Shown here: positions 24,316 to 37,200 of the stretch, piece by piece
Layout: every line of letters starts with the position of its first letter
Position numbering within the stretch: the first letter of the stretch is position 1
Assembly (NCBI RefSeq): GCF_001194135.2
Contig: NC_068983.1
Coordinates: forward strand, 5,440,840 to 5,493,309
Direction: 5' to 3'
Source: Octopus bimaculoides
Taxonomy: Eukaryota
Length of the DNA stretch: 52,470 nucleotides
Notes under the pieces: generated by a model
Databases searched by the model: none
What the model saw: the letters and a program-made list of their open reading frames with translations, nothing else
Told to the model about the DNA's origin: nothing
Program-made: the position numbers and the translations under genes

Positions 24316-25433
24316 AATCAAAATAATTAAAACAGGATATCAAGTAGTAGTGCAGTACGACCGTTTCAAGCGGCTCCATTTGATTGAACAATGGGATCAT
24401 TTCGTCAATTTAAATGCAGTGCCATCATCAGCTGCACAAGTCGATGAATAGAATTTTAAACAGTCGGATACATTAATATAATTTTTCTCAAATATCTTAA
24501 CAGAGCACATAATATAAATGTGTTTGTGTATCTGTACACATCTTTATTTTTTTCTGATTCATGGCTTAAAATTAATATATAGATAGCATGTTTATCTTTT
24601 CAGTATTCCATAAGTAAAAGCCCTGAGCAGTCTTTATAGAAGCCACCAAATAATTAATTAATTAAGTAAGTACACGAATGAATATTAAACTGATTCTGTG
24701 TAATCTTTCCTTTTTAATGTTTATAATTGATATATGCACACATTTTACTTATTCTGGTTGTGATATCATTTTTGAAAATCTTAAATTTTATTTTTATACA
24801 ACAAAACTATTGCTTATAAACAATCACCCATAGTTCCCCAAAATAAAATTTCCTCTGTATTAACAACCTAGGTTTCTTAGTGTGTTGCCCCCTTAACTGG
24901 TAATTAACATCATGATTTAAAGTTTTCCCCTACCCAGCCTCCCTTTATAGACAGTTACTCTATATCCAATTGACTACTCCAAACGTCTTCTTTTCTTCCT
25001 GAGAAAATGGATACACATGGCAATATTTCTGACCATACCTAGCTATGAGCTGTCAACTCACTCTTGCCCTTTATTCAAAACAAACACACTCCTCTAGTCT
25101 TAGATTCAGCAGTTGATAAAGAGATAAATGAATTAGAAATGAATCACAATCCTTTACAAGTTATGACCCCCAATAGTCTTCGTGCGATTCTTGGAAGTGT
25201 AGTCTATTCTTAGCAGCGACAACATGAACTTTTATCATCGTTTTATTCTGTTAAAGTATTTGAGAAAAATTATATTAATGTGTCCAACTACTTAGAATTC
25301 TATTTATTTATTTGTGCAGCTGAGGATAGCCTTGCATTTAAATTGATGTAATGATTGCATTGTTCAATTAAATTGGGCCGCTTGAAACGGTCGTACTGCA
25401 TCACTTCTTGATATCCTGTTGCTTATTTTGATT
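24316..25433. mobile_element. Long-TIR (foldback or MULE-like) non-autonomous element, ~1.1 kb
   Basis: 24316-24503 is the reverse complement of 25248-25433 (for example gcagtacgaccgtttcaagcgg / ccgcttgaaacggtcgtactgc); AT-rich interior with no recognised coding capacity. Confidence 0.75.
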
Positions 25434-25499
25434 TTATTCACCTTCGAACTGTGCGGATAATACCAGACTGACTTGGTGCTTCAACTTAAGTATCTAATT

Positions 25500-25882
25500 C
25501 AACTGAATCTCGATTATATAGGACTTAATCTTTCTAAGTCTAGTACTTATTCTATCTATCTCTTTTGCCGAATCGCTAGGTTACAGGGACCTAAACACAC
25601 CAACATATGTTGTCAAGCGATGGTGGGGGACAAAAATAGACGCAACAAACATACTCACATAAATACATACATATACATATATATACAAACATACACACAC
25701 ACATATTTATATATATATATATACGACAGGCTTCTTTCAGTTTCCGTCTAGCAAATCCACTCACAAGGCTTTGGTTGGTCCAAGGCAATAGTAGAAGAGC
25801 CTTGCCCAAGGTGCCACGGAGTGAGACTGAACTCGGGACCATGTAGTAGGGGAAACAATCTTTTTACTACACAGCCACGCCT
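25500..25882 (-). mobile_element. SINE-B, near full length, with ~90-bp internal AC/AT microsatellite
   Basis: Head, CORE-like module (ggcaccttgggcaagg), gaaagaagcctgtcgt junction, microsatellite, 3' body (accatcgcttgacaac...gcgattcggcaaaagag). Confidence 0.85.
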
Positions 25883-26526
25883 ATCCCCTGCCTAAAATGT
25901 CTTGTTAAACACAGTAGGATCTGATCTGAAAGTGATTTGGTTGCTATTTCAAGCAGATTTCGCAACCATATAAAATATCTCCCGGAATTGTTAGCCAAAT
26001 GATCAAATCGATTGAATGAATTCCTCCCTATCTTATCATGTCTGAGAATACTAGATCATTGGATTCGCTTCTGTTATGTTTCGGCAAATAAAAATTCCAT
26101 TAGAGCCGCCTCTTCTTGTTGTAGCTGGTGCACGTTGATTAACAACACACCCGCCTCCGCTGCCACCAGATTCTGAAAGAAGACATTGCGATCGAGTGAT
26201 GTCAACAATACCCACTAAATGAATAAATACTGCGATTTCTTTTAATTTGCTATCTCAGAGTATCCCGATTCCGTTTATATTTTTCAGTGCTTTAATCCTT
26301 TTTAATTATATATTAGATATTAATTCCGTATGCATTTACGATTCACACATTCACAAATGCAGACACGTACATTGATACATAAACAGAGAGGCACGCGAGA
26401 ACAGATATATATGTACACAAGGAATGTGTAGATGCTCAATACATAATGCATATATGCTTATATAAATGAATAGATACATACACACATGAATATGTGCGAG
26501 TGTGTGTGCGTGAGTGTATTTGTGTA

Positions 26527-26584
<58 letters not shown>

Positions 26585-26610
26585 TATATGAGTTCATACA
26601 TATATGTATG

Positions 26611-26641
<31 letters not shown>

Positions 26642-26642
26642 T

Positions 26643-26676
<34 letters not shown>

Positions 26677-27339
26677 CACACATACACTTATCTGTTTCTC
26701 TATATATACATATATGAACGCTCAATCACATACACACACACACACACACACATATACTCATACACACATACACGAATGGTCGCAGGTACACATACAGGCA
26801 GACAATATGACAAAAACACGTGCATTCCCCCCACATCCCCACATAAATACATACTCATGCACACACAAACACACACACACACACACACGCCAGGCTCACA
26901 CGCGCATACACACTCCCAGAGAGAGAAAAGCGAAAAAGACAGGGATATAGTTAACTATAGATAGCTAAATAGTAGTATGATAGATAGATATATAGATATA
27001 TAGATAAAGCGAGACAGAGACGGAAAGAGAGAAGGAGAGAAATAGAGAGCAAGAGAAAGAAAGAGAAAGAGAGACGATAGAAAGACAGTAATAACACAAA
27101 CGCCATACAATAGATATTTCATTGAAGGCATTTACGGCCAAGATTTATTCGGTGGTTATTATAAATCCTTAAATCTGGCGAGTTGGTCTTTCATCTTTGA
27201 ACAGCGTCGTCTCCTCCATATTTAAGATAAAGAAAGGAAGCCAATTAGATTAGTTGTAAAACTTCCGTTTATAATGTTCCCTGTCACTACCCAGATAACA
27301 ATATGGCGTCGCTTGATATCCTTATTGGCTATTTATTAC

Positions 27340-27870
27340 ATGCCACCTTCTGTAGATTGATTTTCCAGTCGATGTTGTTGTTGTTACTAATGCTGTCATC
27401 GTCGTCGTCGCCGCTGTAGAAGCTGTCATCATCGTCGACGTTGTTGATGCTGTCATCGTCGTCGTTGTCATCGTTGTGGCAGTTGTGGATGCCATTGTTG
27501 TTGTTGTCATTGTTACCATTGCAATAATTGTTGTTGTTGTTGCTTTTATTAATGCTGTCTTTATTATTGATGTTGTTCTTGCTGTTGTTGTCGTCTTTGC
27601 TCGGGTCATCCTCATCGTTCTTATAATTGTTGTTGTGTTGTCGTTGGTGTTGTTGCTATTATTGATGCAGCTGTTGTTGTTGCTACCCTTGTTATAATTG
27701 TTGTTGGTGTTGGTGTTGTTGCCGACATCGTTGGTGTTGTAGTCGTCATCATTTTGTTGTATTGTCATTGTAGTTTTTTTTGTCTCATTGTTTTCCTTGT
27801 TATTGTTGTTGTATTAGCAGTTGTTTTTGTCGTCGTCATCGTCGTCATCATCGCTATCACACTTGTTCTT
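27340..27870. repeat. Degenerate (GTT)n/(GTC)n tract
   Basis: Directly visible. Confidence 0.9.
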
Positions 27871-27879
27871 ATTGTTGTT

Positions 27880-28310
27880 GTTCTTTAGCCCCGGGTCAAT
27901 TCTGACTCAGTACCAGGTCTGTTACCCAAAACTATGCAATCACTCAGTCATTATCCACCTAAGACTACAGATTATATTTGTCATTATCCATTATGTCCTT
28001 CTCATTATCTTAAAACGATGTAATTTCAGAAGGATTTAATTTGGTTGCTATTTCTAGCAACTCGAAAGACCACGTAGAAGCTCTCTCTCATTGTCACTTG
28101 GCAGTGTTTATTTATTGATGTTGCTATATAGCCTCAGGTCAGCTCTAATCAAGCAGGTCTAGGATCAGAAGCAGTCCAGCCATGACTATCCCGTCTTTTA
28201 CTCGTGTGCGGAGAACCCTAATAAACAATGTCTCCGTTTTTTAAGATGGTAGAGTGTGATATGAGGAATATTTGTCTGCTATTTCTAGCAGGTTGAGCAA
28301 CCATATTAAG
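27880..28310 (+). mobile_element. Fragments of a further dispersed repeat (type E), unclassified
   Basis: Motif ttggttgctatttctagca...cgaccac recurs at ~25935, ~28040 and ~28275; ccc(g)ggtca...tgactcag / ctcaggtcagctctaatc at ~27888 and ~28132. Confidence 0.45.
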
Positions 28311-28512
28311 AATCCAGCACTGACTCGTTGTTGGCGGTAGTGGGGACTGGTGATGGTGCTGCACTTGTTGCTGTTGCTGTTGTTGTTCCTGGTGACGGTG
28401 CTGTAGCTGTTCCTGTAGTAGTAGTAGTGATAGCTGTGGTAATCGGAAGGCCTTGTGCCAAAATTTTAAATTATTATTATCATTATTATAATAATAATTA
28501 TTATTATTAGTC

Positions 28513-28553
<41 letters not shown>

Positions 28554-28649
28554 TGTTGTTCCTTGTAGTAGTGGTGGTGGTGATGTTACTGTTGCTGTTG
28601 TTTTTAGTAGTAATGATGTAAATGTTTATGTTATTGCTATTGTTAGAGG

Positions 28650-28870
28650 TGGATAAAGGCTGGCGGAATCGTTACCACAGCGGACAAAAGGCTTAGTGGT
28701 ATTTCGTCCGTCCTTACGTTCTGAGTTCAAGTACCGCTGGGGTCGGCTTTGCCTTTCAACCTTTCAGGATCGACAAAACAAGTACCAGTTGAGTACTGGG
28801 GTCGATGTAATTGACTTACCCCGCCCCCGAAATTTCTGGCCTTAAGTCAACATTTGAAACCATTATTATT
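28650..28870 (+). mobile_element. SINE-A with a third tail variant (...tttgaaaccattattatt)
   Basis: ggctggcggaatcgtta, gttctgagttcaagt, gcctttcaacctttcaggatcgac, gtaccagttgagtactggggtcgatgtaat. Confidence 0.85.
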
Positions 28871-28882
28871 CTTAGTGGTGAT

Positions 28883-29160
28883 GCGTGGAGGCGTGTGGCT
28901 TAGTGGATTGGGCGCTGCACTCATGATCGTAAGGTTGTGGTTTCGATTTCAGGACTGGGCGATGCGGTGTGTTCTTGGGCAAAACACTTCATTAAACGCT
29001 GCTGCAGTCCAGTCAGCTGGCAAAAATGAGCAGCTCTGCGACGGACTGGCGTCACGTCCAGGGGAAGAATACACTCGTATACACAATAGAAACCAGCGTA
29101 TATATTATTTTCGATAATATATACATTCGCCAGATTCTATGGCTCGGGGAGGACCGGTGA
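28883..29160 (+). mobile_element. SINE type D
   Basis: ggaggcgtgtggcttagtgg head, ggtttcgatttc B box, tgtgttcttgggcaaaacactt CORE-like module, ctgcgacggactggcgtcacgtccagggg. Confidence 0.8.
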
Positions 29161-29597
29161 TGTTGGCGTTGGTAGTGGCATCATTGTAAATGCTGTAGCT
29201 GTTGTTATTGTTGTTGTTGGTGTTGCTACCGTTATTTTTGGTGGTGGTGGTGGTGGGGGGATGTAGACGTTCATGTTGCTGCTCTAATTACCGCTGGTGG
29301 CGTTACTGTAGTGATGATAGTGTTGATGTTAGTAGAGACACTATTGCTAATGTCCTTCCGGTTATTGTTAAGGCGAACGGATGTTCGAACTGGTGAATGT
29401 CCCTGATTACGGCTGTAGCTTCTAATCGAATTCTTCATCTTTTTAATCATCTTTATTACGATGTATTTATAGTTTTTAGTATCACACAATGAAATAACCC
29501 CTACTTTTTATTTCTTTGTGTTTTCATTTCGTCTTTGTCTTTTTAAAGACCCCGGTTCTCTCAAGGAAAAATGAAGAAACGATTATTGCCCTTATAT

Positions 29598-29670
29598 TAC
29601 AACAACAACAGCAACACCAACACCACCACCAACAACAACAACACAACCAACAACAACAACAACAACAATG

Positions 29671-29703
<33 letters not shown>

Positions 29704-29884
29704 TTCATAATGATAATAATAATAATAATAATAATAATGGATTGTGTCTGAAATTTTTTGGGAGGGATTAGTCGATGAGCTCGGCGCCTGTGCTGAACTA
29801 GTATTCCATCGACCCCAAAAAGATGAAAGGCAAAGTAGGCCCTACAAAACAGCAACAACAACAACAGTAATAATAATAATAATG

Positions 29885-29957
<73 letters not shown>

Positions 29958-29962
29958 TGATG

Positions 29963-29990
<28 letters not shown>
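29598..29990. repeat. (AAC)n/(AAT)n tracts separated by a minus-strand SINE-A fragment (~29755-29845)
   Basis: Directly visible; gtattccatcgaccccaaaaagatgaaaggcaaagt is the A module in reverse. Confidence 0.85.
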
Positions 29991-29993
<3 letters not shown>

Positions 29994-30148
29994 ACACAGA
30001 TAGAGAAATTNNNNNNNNNNNNNNNNNNNNNNNNNNNNNNNNNNNNNNNNNNNNNNNNNNNNNNNNNNNNNNNNNNNNNNNNNNNNNNNNNNNNNNNNNN
30101 NNNNNNNNNNNNNNNNNNNNNNNNNNNNNNNNNNNNNNNNNNNNNNNN

Positions 30149-30472
30149 GAAATAGAGATAACTCGAATGTGGAATCTAAAAACAGAAACAATTCCTATCA
30201 TAGTAGGTGCCTTAGGTATAATAAAAAAATATTCAGACAAATACATAACAAAAACACCAGGACTTACAAATATATATAACATACAGAAAATTGCACTACT
30301 GGGTACTGCACACATTCTACGCAAAACACTTTCAATACAGTAAACATAAGAGCACCACAGCAAACCACAGCACATACCCAAGGCGCACAGAGCTGCGCTC
30401 GGTAGTGAAGTGAAAGCACGTTATAAAAATAAAACTACTGAATAATAATAATAATAATGATGATAATAATAA
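30149..30472 (+). mobile_element. R4/Dong-type LINE 3' end (second family) with 3' UTR and (AAT)n tail
   Basis: EIEITRMWNLKTETIPIIVGALGIIKK...IQKIALLGTAHILRKTLSIQ*, then ~100 bp UTR and aataataat. Confidence 0.88.
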
Positions 30473-30655
30473 TGGTTTCAAATTTTGGCAAAAAACTAGC
30501 AATTTTGAAACGAGGGCGTAGTCGATACCGTCGACCTTGTTAAATGTCTGATATCGTATTTTATTGACCCTGAGGGGGGTGGGGGGTGAAAGACAAAGTT
30601 GATCTCGGCGACATTTGAACTACCGTGAAAAAGCCGGAACAGATACGGCAAAGAT
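30473..30655 (-). mobile_element. SINE-A, tail-to-tail with the LINE, sharing the AAT/ATT tract
   Basis: ggtttcaaattttggc tail and gaaagacaaagttgatctcggcgacatttgaact B-box region in reverse. Confidence 0.7.
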
Positions 30656-31299
30656 TTTAAGCTTAAATGCTTAAATCATATATTTTGCTAAGATTAAAAC
30701 ATATCTGAAGCTATTTAGAGAAGTAGAGACAATTGCAAATTAACCTTGCTTATATGTGTGTGACCGGGAAAACAGTCTGAAACTGAAGTTCGAGAAACTG
30801 AGAGACGCTAGAATTGAATCCTGGACAGTCGGGTTGTAGAACGCTGCCATTATTTATTCTTATTTATTCTTCTAAAGTCTTTTGCTATGTTTTCGAGATT
30901 TGAGTAAATTGTCGCCATATCTCAACACGTTTCAACTGTCATGATTAAAGTAGAAAAGTCATGAAACATTGATAATTTCTGAATTAAACAGAGGAAAATA
31001 CGCTTTGAGTGGCCTTTTATCGAACAGGGGAGGTTTAAATTTGAAGTCGATTTCAGCGACTTTTTGTATTCAAATTAAAGACGTGAATGAACGTGACTGG
31101 ACACATCAAGTATTCGATTCTGGCACTCTATTGAATCTTTACTAAGCACAAAGATAATTAAGTTCGGAGAAACAGATAAACTATTCTGATATAATTAGGT
31201 CATCTGTGAAGAACATTAATCGAATGACACAGCTCCAACTGAAAAGCGAAACTTCTGTGATAATCTTGAATTACTGGGAAGCCCTGTATGTATGCGTGC

Positions 31300-31330
<31 letters not shown>

Positions 31331-31375
31331 TGTATGTATGTATGTATGTATGCATGTATGTATGTATGTATGTAT

Positions 31376-31545
31376 GTATTCTTTTACTTGTTTCAGACAT
31401 TTGACTGCAGCNNNNNNNNNNACACACACACATATATATATACGATGGGCTTTCAGTTTCCGTCTACCAAATCCACTCACAAGGTTTTGCTCGGCCCGAG
31501 GCTATAGTAGAAGATACTTGCCCAATGTGTCACGCAGTGGGACTG
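31376..31545 (-). mobile_element. SINE-B, internally shortened and gapped
   Basis: Tail ttcttttacttgtttcagacatttgactgcagc and head module tttcagtttccgtctaccaaatccactcacaagg. Confidence 0.8.
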
Positions 31546-31777
31546 AGGTTAGCAATCTCAATACGAAGCTGAAGGGAGTGTAATCGCTTGTGTCAGGACT
31601 ACCTGGCTTTGTATATGAGAATCTTAACGGTGTTGTACAAGCTTTTATTAGCTCTAAATTTCAGTTCGAGCATCGCTGACAGCCATTGTCTTTAAACATC
31701 TAGGATCAGATAATTTGTCAGCGATGGTCATAATCTTTTAAAAGTCGACAGTCACCGTGTGTATGTATGTCCTTGGT

Positions 31778-32304
31778 CAGCTGGATGAGATGTCTTCCTG
31801 GGGCTAAAAACAACAGTAGCACCGTCCTCTGTAGGACCACTGCATTTAGTTGGCAAATATATTTTACGATCCCGTACTGTTACTGTTTATTTCTCGTTCA
31901 GAGATTTAATATAATTTATCTCTCTCTTTTACGAGATCAGCGACAGTGTGTCGCTACTACAAAAAAACAAAAAACAACAGAATATAATATTTTGCGAGTG
32001 GAATGAGTTCTTTATCACTAGCTAGTGATTAACACACACTGAAGACGGGTAACCACCAAGAAACTCGGGTCTGTGTGTTTCACGCAAGGCTAGAGATGGG
32101 AGCGATGACCTCCCTTGCAAATACTAATCCGACACAGATTGTGTGTCGTAGGCCAGCTGGAGGAGATGTCTTCCTGGGGCTAAAAACAACAGTAGCACCG
32201 TCCTCTGTAGGACCACTGCATTTAGTTGGCAAATATATTTTACGATCCCGTACTGTTACTGTTTATTTCTCGTTCAGAGATTTAATATAATTTATCTCTC
32301 TCTT
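31778..32304. repeat. Near-identical ~150-bp direct repeat (31778-31930 and 32154-32304), offset 376 bp
   Basis: cagctgga(t/g)gagatgtcttcctggggctaaaaac...ataatttatctctctctt; one mismatch seen; second copy runs into a gap. Confidence 0.9.
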
Positions 32305-33084
32305 NNNNNNNNNNNNNNNNNNNNNNNNNNNNNNNNNNNNNNNNNNNNNNNNNNNNNNNNNNNNNNNNNNNNNNNNNNNNNNNNNNNNNNNNNNNNNNNN
32401 NNNNNNNNNNNNNNNNNNNNNNNNNNNNNNNNNNNNNNNNNNNNNNNNNNNNNNNNNNNNNNNNNNNNNNNNNNNNNNNNNNNNNNNNNNNNNNNNNNNN
32501 NNNNNNNNNNNNNNNNNNNNNNNNNNNNNNNNNNNNNNNNNNNNNNNNNNNNNNNNNNNNNNNNNNNNNNNNNNNNNNNNNNNNNNNNNNNNNNNNNNNN
32601 NNNNNNNNNNNNNNNNNNNNNNNNNNNNNNNNNNNNNNNNNNNNNNNNNNNNNNNNNNNNNNNNNNNNNNNNNNNNNNNNNNNNNNNNNNNNNNNNNNNN
32701 NNNNNNNNNNNNNNNNNNNNNNNNNNNNNNNNNNNNNNNNNNNNNNNNNNNNNNNNNNNNNNNNNNNNNNNNNNNNNNNNNNNNNNNNNNNNNNNNNNNN
32801 NNNNNNNNNNNNNNNNNNNNNNNNNNNNNNNNNNNNNNNNNNNNNNNNNNNNNNNNNNNNNNNNNNNNNNNNNNNNNNNNNNNNNNNNNNNNNNNNNNNN
32901 NNNNNNNNNNNNNNNNNNNNNNNNNNNNNNNNNNNNNNNNNNNNNNNNNNNNNNNNNNNNNNNNNNNNNNNNNNNNNNNNNNNNNNNNNNNNNNNNNNNN
33001 NNNNNNNTATATATATATGCGTATTTCAATTAAACGAGCATGTATTAAAATGGTCTGCATTTATAGATACGCGTACGTGTATCA

Positions 33085-33118
<34 letters not shown>

Positions 33119-33404
33119 TTTCAATGCCTGTATTGTTCTCAGATAAGAGCAGCGTGGGTGAATGGAGAAAGTAAAAAGAAGATTACAGGAAAGGAACGGT
33201 TCACTGACTGTGTTATGTGTGAGCGAGATGTAATTGACTCTGACTAGCCCACGTCACGGTAGAGTTGGCACGGAATGATAAGGCAGATTATCATTGTTGT
33301 TGTTGTTGTTGTCAATGAAGCGTGTTATTGATGCGTATCTATGTTATGTGATTACAATAGGATGATTATGTGTTTGGAGGCGACGCCTACCAGGATGGGA
33401 TACA

Positions 33405-34560
33405 CTGATGGCTTAGTGATTTGATAACCTCGTACTCTAGTGATCTAGTACTCTGCTGGTACTTTGGTGATCTGGTACTCTGGTTATCTAGCACTCTGGT
33501 GGGATGGTAGCCTGGTGGTATGGTTGTCTGGTGGTATGGTAGGCTAGTGGTATGGTAGTCTGGTGGTATGGTAATTTGGTGGTATGGTAGGCTAGTGGTA
33601 TGGTAGTCTGGTGGTATGGTAGTCTGGTGGTATGATAATCTGGTGGTATGGTACACTGGTGATCTGGTACTCTGGTGGTATGGTAGGCTAGTGGTATGGT
33701 AGTCTGGTGGTATGGTAATCTGGTGGTATGGTAGGCTAGTGGTATGGTAGTCTGGTGGTATGGTAGTCTNNNNNNNNNNNNNNNNNNNNNNNNNNNNNNN
33801 NNNNNNNNNNNNNNNNNNNNNNNNNNNNNNNNNNNNNNNNNNNNNNNNNNNNNNNNNNNNNNNNNNNNNNNNNNNNNNNNNNNNNNNNNNNNNNNNNNNN
33901 NNNNNNNNNNNNNNNNNNNNNNNNNNNNNNNNNNNNNNNNNNNNNNNNNNNNNNNNNNNNNNNNNNNNNNNNNNNNNNNNNNNNNNNNNNNNNNNNNNNN
34001 NNNNNNNNNNNNNNNNNNNNNNNNNNNNNNNNNNNNNNNNNNNNNNNNNNNNNNNNNNNNNNNNNNNNNNNNNNNNNNNNNNNNNNNNNNNNNNNNNNNN
34101 NNNNNNNNNNNNNNNNNNNNNNNNNNNNNNNNNNNNNNNNNNNNNNNNNNNNNNNNNNNNNNNNNNNNNNNNNNNNNNNNNNNNNNNNNNNNNNNNNNNN
34201 NNNNNNNNNNNNNNNNNNNNNNNNNNNNNNNNNGGTATGGTAGTCTGGTGGTATGGTAGTCTGGTGGTATGGTAGGCTAGTGGTATGGTAGTCTGGTGGT
34301 ATGGTTGTCTGGTGGTATGGTAGGCTAGTGGTATGGTAGTCTGGTGGTATGATAATCTGGTGGTATGGTACACTGGTGATCTGGTATCCTGGTGATCTGG
34401 TACTCTGGTTATCTAGCACTCTGGTGGTATGGTAGTCTGGTGGTATGGTAGTCTGGTGGTATGGTAGGCTAGTGGTATGGTAGTCTGGTGGTATGGTATT
34501 CTGGCGATCTGGTACTCTAGTGAAGTGGCACTCTGGTGATCTTGTAATCTAGTGATCTGA
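33405..34560. repeat. Minisatellite, 16-bp unit CTGGTGGTATGGTAGT with variants, spanning a gap
   Basis: Directly visible; variants ctagtggtatggtagg and ctggtgatctggtact. Confidence 0.95.
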
Positions 34561-34790
34561 CAATACAACAATGAATTCAACTGGAACGGGCTGTAGGAAC
34601 AACAACAACAACAACAGTAGTCACATTATCACCCCCTAGCATCACCACCTCCTACCACCACCTACTATTACTTATATTATTAACACTAGTACCATTGACT
34701 GTAGTAAAAGGAATAGAATTATTGCAATGATAATACATTTTTGAGATGAGGGATGTTGGCTGGCGTTGACGGAAGTGGTTAAGATTTAGA

Positions 34791-34826
<36 letters not shown>

Positions 34827-34854
34827 TAGTATTATTAGTAGTAGTAGTAAATTC

Positions 34855-35250
34855 GCGGCTCGTCAAAGAGGAGCCGACAGTATCAGGCTTTAAAAAAATA
34901 TGCACTGCAGGTCGATTTGTTCGATTAAAACCCTTCAAGGGTTACATACTTGCATATATGTGTGTGTGTCCGTGTGCGTCTGTGTGTGTCCATGTGTGCG
35001 TCTGCGTGCGTGTGAGTGTGTGTATGCGTGTGTGTGTGCGCGTGTGTATGTGCGTGTTTGCGTGTGTGAGTGTGCATGTGTGCGTGCGCGTGTGTGAGTG
35101 TATATATATATATATATATATACATACACACACGACAGGTTTCTTTCAGTTTCCGTCTATCAGATTTACTCACAAGGCATGGATCGGCCCAAAGTGCAAT
35201 GCAGTGGGACTGAACCCAGGACCATGTGGTGGGGAAGCAAACTTCTTATT
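34855..35250. mobile_element. SINE-B 3' fragment (+, ~34855-34945) and SINE-B 5' half (-, ~35130-35250) on either side of a (GT)n-like tract
   Basis: gccgacagtatcaggcttt...ggtcgatttgttcgattaaaacccttcaagg; acgacaggtttctttcagtttccgtctatcag. Confidence 0.65.
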
Positions 35251-35546
35251 GTAGTGAATGACCAACTACTAATCTCAAAAAGACACTTTGAAAATACATC
35301 CTGCAAGCGGAACAGTAAAAACATGCAAGACTTTTCTAACGTCCAACATTTAGCACATCGTTTTCATTATCCAAGCTCCGGCAATTCAGCTTTGTTTTCT
35401 TTTTTTTCTAAGAAACCAGCTTCTATAATATGGACGAATTCAAATTAAGAGAAATTATAAAACCACCCTACCTACCAACCTACCTGCCTGTCTCCCTCCT
35501 TACCTACCTATCTACCGACCGACCGATCTACATATGTGCATACGTA

Positions 35547-35578
<32 letters not shown>

Positions 35579-35690
35579 TGTGTGTATGTATATGTATGTA
35601 TGTGTGTATGCGTAAATTTCTGAGACTGCAAACATATTTGAAACTAATCCATATCGTTGGCTTCAGATGCGTTTTGATGTCTATCAATCT

Positions 35691-35790
35691 GTCTGTCTGT
35701 TTGTCTTTCTGTCTGTCTGTTTGTCTTTCTGTCTGTCTGTTTGTCTTTCTGTCTGTCTGTTTGTCTTTCTGTCTGTCTGTCTGTTTGTCT
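35691..35790. repeat. 20-bp higher-order repeat (GTCTGTCTGTTTGTCTTTCT) x4 grading into (TCTA)n
   Basis: Four exact 20-bp units at 35691-35770. Confidence 0.9.
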
Positions 35791-35802
35791 GTCTATCCAT
35801 CC

Positions 35803-35848
<46 letters not shown>

Positions 35849-35893
35849 TGAATGCATGAATTAATTTCTGTTTACATCTCTCTCCCCACTCTC

Positions 35894-35933
<40 letters not shown>

Positions 35934-36129
35934 CGCATTTGCGTGTGCTTACACACACACACACACATACATAGTGAAAGAGAAAAAGAGAGAGAGAAGT
36001 AGACAGAGATACAGAGTGGAGTTGAGAGATTTGACTGCTATCTTTATTCACCCAATCAAATAATCGCTTTGGGCGGAGCTGGGTGCGCTGATCATGAAAT
36101 GAACTGATAAGAGCGAACCGAACAAACGT

Positions 36130-36265
36130 ACAAACAACAACTAAAACAATAATAATAAAAACAACAACAACAACAATACTGTTAATAATAAAAACAATAA
36201 TAACAATAATGCTAATAATAACAATAATAATAATAATAATATTAATAATAGTGATGATAATAATG

Positions 36266-36320
<55 letters not shown>

Positions 36321-36809
36321 GCAAATCGAAAATTATTAAAGAGTAAATAGACAAGTAATAAAATAAATAAGTAAATAAATCAATAAAACTACCAAGATAT
36401 AAATGAGAATCTTTTATATGAACTAACAGCCGAGATTAAATAGAATAAATTGATTTTAATATATCTGCTGATTGGAAATCAATTTCTCAGTCTATTAAAG
36501 CGAACAAGATTTCCGCTAACTTAAGGAAATGGCGGCAAAGAACACAATAAACAATAGCTTTGGTAATGGCGGGCATGGCGGTAATGGTGGTGGTGGTGGG
36601 ATGAATATGATGGTGGTTGTGATGGTAGAGGTGGTGGTGGTGAAAGCAGCGGTGGCTGTGGTTTTTGATTGTGGTGATTAGAAGATTAGGATGGTGGCGA
36701 TGGTTGTGGCGATTATATTAGCAATAGTGATGATGATGAGGATGATGATGATCATGAGGATGATGATGAGGATGATGATGAGGATGATGGTGGAGGTGGT
36801 GATGAATGC

Positions 36810-36848
<39 letters not shown>

Positions 36849-37200
36849 TACGATGATGATGATGATGATAATGGTGATGATGGCGGTAGTAATGATGATG
36901 ATGATGATGATGATGATGATGGCGATCGGGATAGTGATGAGGATAATGGTGGTGGTGTTGATGGTGATGATTATACTGACGATAGTAATGATGAGAATGG
37001 TGATGATATTGACGATGATAGTGATGATGATGATGATGATGATGATAATGATGATGATGATGATGATGGGGAGGTTGTGGTGGTGGTGATGATGATGGAG
37101 GTGGAAGTGGTTGTGGTGTAGGTGATTGGCATAACGATAGTAATGATGATGAAGACGATAATGTTGATGATGAAATGGTGGTGATGGTAGTGGTGGAGAG
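36130..37200. repeat. (AAC/AAT)n tract (36130-36320) and degenerate (GAT/GGT)n tract (36560-37200)
   Basis: Directly visible. Confidence 0.9.

Noticed and set aside
33387-34419. Repetitive YHQTTIPPDYHTTSLP ORFs
   Set aside because: Three 16-bp minisatellite units give a 16-aa pseudo-repeat in every frame; no evidence of coding
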